Shown here in pieces: positions 28,501 to 40,719 of a stretch of DNA of 64,000 nt. The position numbers and the translations under genes were made by a program. The notes under the pieces were generated by a model. It saw nothing but the letters and a program-made list of their open reading frames with translations, was not told where the DNA came from and ran no database searches. Source of the DNA: Octopus sinensis (taxonomy: Eukaryota); NCBI RefSeq assembly GCF_006345805.1, contig NC_042999.1, positions 73,656,001-73,720,000 on the forward strand, in the 5' to 3' direction. How positions within the stretch are numbered: the first letter of the stretch is position 1; every line of letters begins with the position of its first letter.

Positions 28501-31500
28501 AGTGATAATACTTCAAGTAAAGTGCTGATGTTGACATATGTAGGTCAGCTTTCAAAATATATATATGAGCAATAAAGAATTCATTCCTATTTCATTATCT
28601 ACTCAAGTATCAGATGCAAGTACCAACTACAAATTCTTAACATTTTGTTATAAGTACTTATAATGGAGTATTTCTGAAAATCATTACAAGAATCCAATAA
28701 CTTTATGAAAGAAATTTTAAGAGTGGAACTTATCTGTAAGTTATCTCATAACTTTATCTGACAATTTCAATCTGAAAATGAGAGAGTTTATGACAGAGCC
28801 AATTAAACAGTTCCTTGCAAACTGCTTCTCAATGCAATAATGTCAAGTTTTAAAGTACATTATTAGCCCTATACTAAAAGAGATAAGATTTGATGCAACA
28901 CATTTAAACTGTCACAAAGAATATTTTTCATACAAAATAAGTGCAGCACTTGAAATTTAACTGAAGAAACTGTATAGGAGCCTGTCACATCATTCATTTA
29001 TTTATTTTATGTCTGTTTTTCCATGCTAGCATGGGTTAGATAAGTACTTATTACTAAGGCAAACAATCATGTAGCATCAGGACCCCTGAGAAATTCCAGG
29101 GCCAGCTGCCATTGGGATACCCTGGTGGCCGGCAAACATGATCAACTGCTCCTCTATGTCCGTGATCAGTGCTCCGGACAAAGGTTCCTAATTGACCCAA
29201 GTGCAGAAGTCAGCGTAATACCAGCGTTGCCAAGGGGCCTCTGTTATGAAAAACGATGCCAACCTTTAATGACCACCAATGGCTCCACAATCGAGGTGTA
29301 TGGTTGCCACGTCCTATTTCTCAAAAGGACGCTGCTCACAAATATACACCTGGGCATTCACCATTGCCGATGTCCATCAGCCCATTATCGAGGCAAACTT
29401 TCTTCGAGCACACTTGCTACTGGTTGATTTGCAGGGGAGATGACTCATCAACAGCAACACATACATTGCCATGTCTCTGGCAACATTTGCAAATGCTGTC
29501 CACCACATAGCAACCATCTCTCAGACCAAGAACAAATTCTTGAATCTCTTTGTGAGTCACCCCAATCTCACAACCCTGACATTCTCCAAACCTACAGCCC
29601 ACCATGAAGTGCCACACCACATCCCCACCACCAGCCTTCCAGTGCACAACCATGCACATCATCTATCACCAGACAAACTTACTATCACAAAGGCCAAGTC
29701 TGACAATATGGAAGCACTGGACATGATTCGCCAATCAAGCAGTCCTTGGTTGTCACCCCTGCAAGTGGCACTGAAACCCAATGGAGGTAGGCAACCTTGC
29801 AGAGATTACCGCCATCTCAACACATACATGACACCCGACTGCTACCCCATTCTGCCATACAGGACTTCTCAGCCCAGCTAGCCGAGTGCTCAGTTTTCTT
29901 GAAGGTCAACCTCATCTGAGGTTACCAACAAATACCAGTACAAGATGACAATGTATCTAAAACAGTTGTGACAACTCCTTTTGGGCTGTATGAATTCCTA
30001 TGTACACCCTTCGACCTGAAAAACACAGTACAAGCCTTCCATCACTTGAAGGACAGTGTGTGCAGGGGTCTTGATTTTGTCTTTGCATACTTAAATGATA
30101 TCCTTATCACAAGCCAAAATGCAGAGCTACACAACAAGCACTTAGTGACTCTTTTTGATAGACTGGAACAGTATGGTCTAGTAATCAACCCCACCAAGTG
30201 TGTTTTTAGTATTACAGAAATCAAACTCCTGGGACATCAAATCACAGGTGTTGGTGCTGCACCCCTGCCAGAAAAGTGAAAGCTATCTTATATTTTCCAT
30301 GTCCCACCACAAGCAAGGCCCTACACCAATGTCTGGACATGGTAAACTTTTACCATCGCTTCATCCCTTCTGCAGCAAGAGTGATCAGATCCCTATGCAA
30401 AGCAATGTCAAAAGATGGTTCAAAAGGACAGGTGGAGTGGGATAATGCAATGACTTTAGCCTTCAAATCCACAAAACAAGTCCTGGCTAAAGCAACCATG
30501 CTGTTCCATCTTCATATGTCAGCTTCGACTGCATTCACAGTTGATGCCTCCGACACAGCAAATGGGGTCATTTTGGAACAACGCATCAGTGGTCAGTGGT
30601 GACCAACTTGCCTTCTTCAGTCAACAACTATGACCTTCGGAACAGAAATACAGTGCTTTTGACAGGGAACTGCTGGCTGTCCATCTAGGTGTCTGCCACT
30701 TTCACATTTTCTTGAAAGCTGCACATTTACAGTGTTCAGAGACCACAAACCACTCACCTTTGTTATGAGCAAGCTCTCAGAGCCTCGGTCTGCACACCAG
30801 CAATGACAGCTATCAGCCAATTCTGAGTACACCGTGGACATCCAACACAGCTGGAAAAGGCAACTCAGCTGCTGACACACTCTCTCATATTCCTATCTAG
30901 CCCCAATAACAGAAGGTCTGGATTACAAGGCTATAGCTGCAGTCCAACAGACAGATGACGAGATCAGGACCTATAACACTATCAACATGTTACTCTCCTT
31001 GCAGGATGTGCACTATGGCTCCAACAGCACAACCCTACTGTGTAATGTTACCACTTGGAAGCCACAACCGATTGTCCCATTAGCTTGGTGCAGGAAGGTT
31101 TTCAATGTCATTCATGGACTGTTCCATCCATGTACTAGAGCCACACAGCACCTGCTGTCAAGCAAATTTATCTGGCAAGATAAGGCCAAGCAAATTGGGG
31201 AGTAGACCAAGACCTATATCCCCTGTCAACAAGTCAAGGTCCATCAGCACACCAAAGCACTCCTTGGCAACTATGAACCACCACAGGCCTGTTTCAACAT
31301 TGACCATGTCAGCCCCCTCCCATCTTCACAGAGTTGCTCATACCTATTGACCATGGTAAACTGCTACACTCATTGGCCTGAGGCTGTCCTTCTCCGCAGC
31401 ATGGAAACAAAAAGTCAGCTGAGTTTTCATCACAAACTGGGTTGCACAACAGCCTACAATCCACAGGCCAACAGGTTAGTGGAGAGATTTCATTGCTGCC

Positions 31501-34500
31501 TGAAGGAACCCCTGACAACCCGAGTTAACAGGCCCAATTGGGCCTTGTAGATTTTGATTCTGCACTTGGTTTATATCTTGTCTAAGATATAATGTTACAC
31601 TGAGGTCATGCTTTTAGCTATAGCTAGGCAGAACATACATCATGGATGAAGGATCAACGACTGTCCAAAACTGTGCTGTATTGTGAACTCTACACTGCCC
31701 ACCATGATAAAGGGGTGATATAGAAAAGATATAGAGATGTTCTGAAGTCGCTCACTGCCTGTCATATTGACAGTGGTCTACTACAACATTTAAACATGAA
31801 GCTTGGTGATGCATGATCTACCAGTACATCTCTTATTCAAGAATACACATAAGGCTACTTTGAGGACAAAAGATAATTAAAAAGAGAACAAGGATACAAT
31901 AACACTGAACCCAGAACAGAATTTCCTTTGCAACTACTGAGGTTAGGCAGCTTATTCTATATTAGCCTAGTTAGCCTACAGTCAATATGAGCAGTCCCAA
32001 CTTGAATACTCATGTGGGAAACCAAGCTATGATAATTGTTCCAAAAATAGCCAATTTATTCTAAACAAAGGACTTATCAATTGGGAAATATTTTGTCATA
32101 TAAACTGTTGAGAACTCTTCATATATAGGAGAGAAAATGGGTAAGTTTGTAGTGTTACGGGCACAGAAGGATCTTTCTCAATATTGTCAAGCAAGTGTAG
32201 ACATTTATACAGCAAAGTCTATCTCTACTCATTATCTCATAAAATATAAGAGATTCCAACAAATGTTTATTTCAATAATGTTACAAAGCTGCTCCAGAAA
32301 GTACTCCACAGTGCTGCTTATAAAATATAACTAAAAATAAATGCAAAAAGTTCTAATATAACATATTTCAGTGAGGTTGTTTTGTGAAGAAACTTGGGGA
32401 TTTGTTTAATCAGTAATACAATCTCATCAAAAATTAATTGGAAGTAATAAATTAGATCTTAGAGGGATAGGGTTTCAGTAATATTTGTCTGTAAAGCATA
32501 CTTAGCAAATCAAAATTTATCTCTAGCTTATTTATTTGAGTAAGCATGTTTTATGTGCACTTCATTAAACTACAATTAATATCAGTTTCACTCTACCAAA
32601 TATGCTAAAACAAAAATGTTACACATAATAAAAATTTGCACCTTCTACAAGACATCCAAAAGTCAACAAAGAGATCTAAAAACCAATAAGCCTCAGAGCC
32701 TAACAAAATTACTAACTTAAAACACCTAAGACCTGAAGGAATCACTTGAACTCACCAATACTTGCAACTGCTTGTACAAATATAGTCAGATTCCCAGTAT
32801 TTTGAAACTAAATAAATAATTACAATTCTAAAGCCAAGTTAAAACCCAAGTTATGAAGGATTTCATAGACCCATCACTCCCCGATATGCATCTTAATAAT
32901 TATTCCTTCATATGACTAACCCATACATTCTTTTCTCCAAACTACAATACTGATTCAGACCACTACACTCACCCACAACACTATCTAAAAGAAGGAATAC
33001 AACAGCTTGAAGTGGGGCAGAAAAAATCACTAACAAAAATAAAGCTTCTGACTACATTCCTCTTTTACGCATAAAATACTCAGATCTTAAAAAAATAATA
33101 TTAGCTAAATACACTAGCTGTCAGGTCACCAACCTTCTGTAATGTACAAAAACAACACTGAACACACTGTCAAAATTTGAAACTTCCCCAATGAAATACC
33201 ACTCATTCTTTTCAAGCTATATGTATATGACTTTCTCACACCTCCTCAAAGCATACACGCAGAATACAAAAATATAGATGTTACATATAATAGCTCAACA
33301 ATATTTATAGCACATATAGAAGACAATAAAGAATAAAAATACTACAAACATACAGATACCACATTTAACCAACAGAAAGAAACAATGGTATATAAAGAAT
33401 ATATTAGATCCATTATGGATCCTAGCAGAGCTGCCAGTTTATCCATAATAAACCACAACACTACAAAAAACATGACATTTTTACATCATCACAAACTGTA
33501 AACAAACCACACCCATAGACCATCTACACAATTAAATAAAAGAACTAAAAATGAAAGACAATCTGCTACTATTTGAAAAATCCTCTCAAAACACAAGGCA
33601 TACAGACAATAATTCCAAACAGAGCAGCTTCTCCCAAAACCAACTCATAATAAACAAGGATGAAAACACATATATATAGAAATAACTGTAGCATCAATAG
33701 CTTCACTAGGCCTTCATTACTGCTCTAATATGTCCACCAACTGCGTTTTTGTATGGCCAACACTAGAATCTGCAAAGCTTACAGAAATAAACTAAGATAG
33801 TGGGAAGAATACATGCTCAGACTATTACACTGGCATCTGCTCCTCAGAGCTAGCTGGTTTTATAACTCCACCTCTTGGCACTTCCAGTCACAGTTTTCTC
33901 ACACTAGCTACTATATCCATTCCTTCGTCTCCAGAACATCAGCCTCTAGAATTTCCTCTCTGTTCATGTCTTTGTTGCAGCTGTTAACAGTTCAAACAGA
34001 TCATTAACAGCATCAATGTTACCAGACTTGGTGGGCTTGCAAGGGTTGTGGGCTCTGCCTTTTCCTCCAAGTTACAGTCTTGCAAATCAAAAACATTAAA
34101 ATGTGTTTCAGTAATTGTCACACTCAACATTAAAGAAACAACCAATACAACAATGAGAAATCATCATCATCATCAGAGATCTGATGGAGAACTTCAATAT
34201 CTAAATACAAATTTTTCTTCAAACTTGTTGCAATCAGCTGGTGATTATACATAGAACAAGAGAGACCTTTCTATATGAACTTGAAGCTAACAAAGAATTA
34301 TAATTGCATAAATTTTGTAGTTCTCTCTCTTTCTCATACACACACCACATTTTACATTTACCTTAAAAATTGATATTCTTTGAATGGTTCCTTATGACCC
34401 AAATCAGTTCTTATTCAGAGTCACTGCCACCTTAGATGGTTTGGAGGACCACATCTTGAAAATATGTTTCATTTCTGGCTTGGTTTCTATGGTTAGATGC

Positions 34501-35501
34501 TCTTCCTTTCACCAACTACTTAACAGAGAGTACTGAATGCATTCTGCATTTTATCATGGCATCAGCACTTGAGAGATTGTTATATCCTTAACAAAATAAG
34601 GTACTTGACTTCACTAGACTGCCAACTACTTTGTAGAGTGTACCAGGTGCATTATATTGTGACACCAATACTAGTGAAGTTACCTTCTGAGTTTTAAGAT
34701 TAAAGAGTCCTCACTTCTTTATGCTGTATCTGTTTACTCAATGCATTGTAACGAATGGGAGAAATGGCCGCATACTGACAAGAATCTAAACTATAAGGGT
34801 CAAAGGAACAAGATAATAAGGTTGATGGTAACTTCAAAGTTTCATTGTGGACTGGATTAATCAGATGAAACCATAATTCCAAGACAACCATTCCCATATA
34901 TCTGCATGTGATTGTATGGTTAAGAAGTCTGCTTCTCAACCACAACATATTGGGTTAAGTCTCACTGCATGTCACTCTGGGCTTCTTTCACCTTGGGTTA
35001 ACCAAAGCTCTGCAAGTGCATTTGGTAGATAGAAACTAAAAGAAGCCTAGTGTGTGTGTCTTGATATCGCATGATAGTTGCAAATGAATGTCACCATCAT
35101 GTAAGCAATATTCTTCATTTCCAATCTTCTATGAAAACATATTTAACCAAGAGGAAATATTAACTTACTTGGAAACAGGTGATGGTTAGTAACAGAAAGA
35201 GCACATGGCTATAGAAAAACCTGTCATATTTGAGCAAGGAAATGTGAATGTTAATATGATGATAATACCTCTAAATTCTACATACATATGTACAACTAAG
35301 CTCTTAGTTTTGATATTTGTATATTAATACAATAGCATGTTCCCATTTATCTTTTGTGTAATGCTAAGGGAAGTAACTCAAATAAAATATATAAACAGTC
35401 ATCAGTTATACTTGTAGTGGCAGCAGAGATGCCAGCAGTGATATTGGTGTTGATATTAGTGAATGAGAAAAAGAGATAGACAGACCAAGTGATGAAAAGA
35501 G

Positions 35502-35532
<31 letters not shown>

Positions 35533-35757
35533 TATTAAGTAAGAAAATGGAGAGATTTAATGGATATAATTTAATTTATCTATTAATTAATATTGCCTAC
35601 AATTGTTTCAATTTTCACTCAATACAAATTACAAATATATAAAATAAAATAAGTTTGCATTTTGAAGATTTAGAGCAAAATATCACTAGGGTGAAAAGAC
35701 ATTAAGGAAGCTACATGTTGATTGGTTGAAATACTCTAATAGACTATGTAGTGATAG

Positions 35758-35801
<44 letters not shown>

Positions 35802-36188
35802 GTTAATAATCTTATTTAAATAATAAAGTATATAAAAATATAAATATAAAACTAAGTAAAAGTAAATAATGAATATTAATAAAGAAAATAAAAATAGTCA
35901 AATTTGAAGTATATAAAATGATAAAAATGATAAAATTTGAAGTATATAAAATGATAAAAAATAAAAAGTAATAATATAGTAAAAATAAATACTAAAATAA
36001 CTGAAATAAAATGAAAATAATATAAAATAAAAATATAAGTAGATAAGATAAAAAAATTAAAAAATAAGAAATAAAATAAAAATTTAAATAAAACCGTTAT
36101 AAATATGGATGTCTATTGTCTATGTTAATTTGTGAGAGTGTGTGTACTGTCTAAGTTGATTTGTGTGTGTGTGTGCGTATTCATGTTA

Positions 36189-36226
<38 letters not shown>

Positions 36227-39200
36227 AGGCGCAATGGCCCAGTGTTTAGGGCAGCGGACTCGCGGTCGTAGGATCGCGGTTTTGATTCCCAGACCAGGCG
36301 TTGTGAGTGTTTATTGAGCGAAAACACCTAAAGCTCCACAAGGCTCCGGCAGGGATGGTGGTGATCCCTGCTGTACTCTTTCACCACAACTTTCTCTCAC
36401 TCTTACTTCCTGTTTCTGTTGTACCTGTATTTCAAAGGGCCGGCCTTGTCACTCTCTGTGTCACGCTGAATATCCCCGAGAACTACGTTAAGGGTACACA
36501 TGTCTGTGGAGTGCTCAGCCACTTACACATTAATTTCACGAGCAGGCTGTTCCGTTGATCGGATCAACCGGAACCCTCGTTGTCGTAACCAACGGAGTGC
36601 TTCTCTCTCTCTCTCTATATATATATAGATTCAGTAAAATTTAGATTCAGTTGAATATGGTACTTAAGTTAAAAGTACCAGAATTTAGTATAGTATTATC
36701 CATATAATTCAAAATGGGGTGATTATAATCAAAATAAGCAACAAGGATATCCAGAGGTAATGCAGTATGATCGTTTCATGCGAGTCCATTTAATTGAACA
36801 ATGCAAATATTACATCAATTTAAAATGTAGAGCAATCTTCAGCTGCATAAAATATAGAATTTAGTTAAATTCCAAGGATTCATTTGTATAGTTTTCTTAT
36901 TATCCAAAATCACAAAGAGGATAAGTAGATAGACAAAGAACATGTTTCATCAACAATACCATAGTTGTAACTGAGATTTCTTCACAGGAAGACCTGTGAA
37001 AAAGCAATGCTTTCTTTACTGGATGGTGCCTGTACATCAATATGAAGCAGTGTAAGGAATGGCTTAGCCCCAGTAAACAAGTGACACCATGCGTGAAACA
37101 AGACCTTCATATGCGTAAAATGATGTGCGTATGGTGGAGACTGGGAAGGGATTATCCATTACAAATTGCTTGAACGGAACCAAACGGTCAATGCAGAACT
37201 ATGTTCAACAGATGGAATGACTCAACACAGCTATTCAAAAGAAAATACCTAATCAGCAGCATGGAGTTCTTCTGCTGCAGACAACACCCACCATCATATC
37301 GCCAATATCACCAAGGAAGTCATTCAAATGCATGGCTGGGAAGTGCTGCCACACCCGCCATACTCTCCTGATTTGGTACCGATGGATTTTCATCTCTTTC
37401 GATCCCTTTCAAATGCTATGCGCGGAGTTTCATTCAATACTGATGCAGCATTGAGAGCTTGGTTGAAACAATTTTTCGAGTCGAAATCAGGTGATTTCGA
37501 CCAACAAGACATTGAAAATCTTGTTGAACATTGGGAAGAAGTTGTAAACAACAAGGGTGAATACATTATTGATTAATTAGTTGTTGTTTTTTTATTAAAC
37601 CTTTTAAAAAATAACGGTAGGAACTTAGTAGCCAACCCAATACATCTGAAGCCACACAGTTATATATATCTTTTGTTAGGCTGTACTATTCCTTTAGCCT
37701 TGAAGTTTTCCCACCAATTGTAATTCACAAGACTGTTGGTGTCAAATCAGAATTTACCTTCTCTTTGGCAAGCTGCCAACCAAGAATGACCAAACCTGGT
37801 TGTCCAACAGTGAAAAGGCATAGGAAGTATTTTTTGCCCTTTTTTATTCTATGTACAATTGCAATTAAATACCATTTTCTTTCTTATTGTAAATATCAGT
37901 CAACTATTAGATTCTTCATCTGGTGCATAAGGTGAAAACATGTTATTATGAACTGATTATTACTGTTTTATAAACTATTAGCCATAATAATCATTTAGCC
38001 AATAATTAGTGTATTCCTAAAATGCTCCAGTGAGATTTAAAAAACAATTTTTTTCCTATCAAGCTATTGGTGTCAGTCAAATCACTAATGAATTTCTATC
38101 CTAAATAACTTATAAAAATAACAATAGTTTTGAAAAAATCTAGTCTTAAGTATTTTAGCTTTTTTTTATAATATTTAATTTATAAGTGATACTAAATTTC
38201 ATGGACTTTCATGAAAGGTGGTATACATGTTATCTTCAGTTTGAATGTTTAAAGGAGAATTAAACAGGAAGAATATTTCAATATCTCAGCTCTGAGGACA
38301 AATAATTGGTACACAATGGTTTAATTCAAAATCTAAGAAGTGACAGTATAAGGATATTAAGATGAGAAAAATTGAGTTTTTCAGATACTGTAGGGGTATG
38401 TAGCTTGCTAATTTTAAGAACCAGAGGTCATTCTTGTGGTAGAAGCAAAGAGAAAGAACAAACCATATGTAGTGCATTGGTTGAGTGAATCTTTACCTCT
38501 TTTTGGATGCAATCTAGACTGTTTATATATACAATAACAGAACAGTCTTAGCTAGGAGCAGTACTTTATTCTGGGTTGCACTTGTTTTTTTATAAAAAGT
38601 GAGCAAATGATTGGATTATGGCCAAATCTTTGGAATAGTTTTGGCAATGTTTATACATGCAAAGTCACTATGATAAATCAGAGATTATAAGGCCTTGTAC
38701 TTATAGTAATTTGTGTTTTGTTCACTGATAGGGAAAGTGTAATTCAAAACTGTTTCTTTGTTATATGTATCATAACTAGGCCGGTACCATTAACAGAGAT
38801 TAGATTGTCATAATCTCCATAACAGACAAGATTTTATGTAACTATGTTTAGATTTCAATGAATTCATAAATATTAATTTAAAGCAACACAAGGACCAAAA
38901 TAAATGTTACTTTGAAATAAAATAGTTTTGTACACACTATCATAGTTAAGATACATTGTTAATGGTTATGTGATCATTAGACAGACTTATTTGCATATAC
39001 GTTGGCAGTGTTATCATTAAAACCCATATTAGTTGCTAAACCTTGAAAATCAAACGTGTATAAACATTTTTAAAAATTAAAATGGCCTACATATGGTTAC
39101 TTGCTATAAATAGCATTTAAGACTTCATTAGATCATACTTTAATATAATAATAATAAAAAAAGAAAAATACATTACTCAAAGTCCTGATCACATAAAATT

Positions 39201-40028
39201 ATAGAATTATCACAGCTGGGATGCCTTTGATCATAGGGTTGGTTGATCAGGGTTAATCTGGGGCTAAACAGCAATAACAAACTAATATTGGTTTCCAATT
39301 TTAGCACAAGGCCAATAAGTCCAGGAGAGGGGTGCTAGTTGATTACATCAGTCCCAGTGTTCAACTGGTACTTATTTTATCAACCCCAAAAAGATGAAAG
39401 GCAAAGTGGACCTCAGCAGGAATTTGAACTCAGAACAGAGAAAATGCTGCTAAGAATTTTGCCTGGCATGCTAACAATTCTACCAGCTGGCCACCTTATC
39501 ATTAATAACTAATATTCACACCATTCATCTTAAAAATATGTAATCATTCAAAAAATTCTTATGAAAAATATAACTTAATCCATAGTGCTAAAGGATAAGG
39601 TATATTGAATATTTAATAGAATGTAAAATAGATATATTTAGACGGGAATTGATCTGATGTTGACCCATAAATACAGTATTCTAATATAGTTAAATTTTAT
39701 ACTTTGATTTTTGTCTAAACATGTAGAAAATGAATATATCAAAAATAATATTCACAAAGCTTCATTAGATTATCTAATTCAAAATTAAGAGCAAACAAAT
39801 AATCACATCATCTCCTTCAATCTATCTCTGATATTCACTTTAAGTGTCAGAGTAAGGCAGACAAACATTGATCTGAAAATCAAAGATATCTGGCTTTTTT
39901 TTTCTATAGGAGTTAGTCAGGGATTTGTTAGGAGCATGGCTGGCACCACATAAACCATACTGTGAATAAGTAGAATTGGTAGATAGAAACTGTTTGGAAG
40001 CTCATCATGTGTGTGTGTGTGTGTGTGT

Positions 40029-40080
<52 letters not shown>

Positions 40081-40680
40081 CGTTCTATATTTTCACATGG
40101 AAATATTTAAGCAAAAACGGTTATGTTAACATTCCTTGTTAACAAACCATTTTGTAATTCTACAGTTTCAATGACAAGTGGAATAAGAAAATCTAACTTG
40201 CAAAAGAGATAAGGGTTTTTGACAGGAAGGGCAGCTGGCTGGAAAAATGATGCCTAAATAAGTATTTGTTCAACCCATGCTAGCATAGAAGAACATGAAA
40301 GGCAAAACAACAAAGAAAGCTGGATCTTAGTCAGCATATATTAAATCATTTAATAATGAGTAAACATATATTCTGTGATAAATACAACATATTCAACAGA
40401 TGTTATCTTCCCTAATGATAATCCTGATGATTTGCCCCATAAGCAATAGAGTACAAATCTTCAACTCTATAAAGCATAAGGGGTCAGATATTAAAAATTT
40501 CACACATTCTATAAAATAGACGCAGGAGTGGCTGAGTGGTAAGTAGCTTGCTAACCAACCACATGGTTCCGGGTTCAATCCTGCTGCGTGGCATCTTGGG
40601 CAAGTGTCTTCTACTATAGCCCCGGGCCGACCAATGCCTTGTGAGTGGATTTGGAAGACGGAAACTGAAAGAAGCCTGTC

Positions 40681-40719
<39 letters not shown>

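Noticed and set aside
31550-31800. 3' LTR and polypurine tract of the gypsy remnant
   Set aside because: aaaggggtg near 31710 is PPT-like, but no matching 5' LTR or TG...CA pair could be established.
35810-36100. AT-rich stretch with a short tandem duplication (aaatttgaagtatataaaatgataaaa)
   Set aside because: Ordinary low-complexity slippage.
36225-36300. tRNA gene
   Set aside because: A/B-box-like motifs are present, but there is no convincing cloverleaf and it continues into a ~300-nt body: a SINE head. The same applies to family A heads.
40604-40714. N-terminus of the 593-aa ORF as a genuine LINE start
   Set aside because: It is SINE head plus (TA)n; the real LINE 5' part (endonuclease) is absent.
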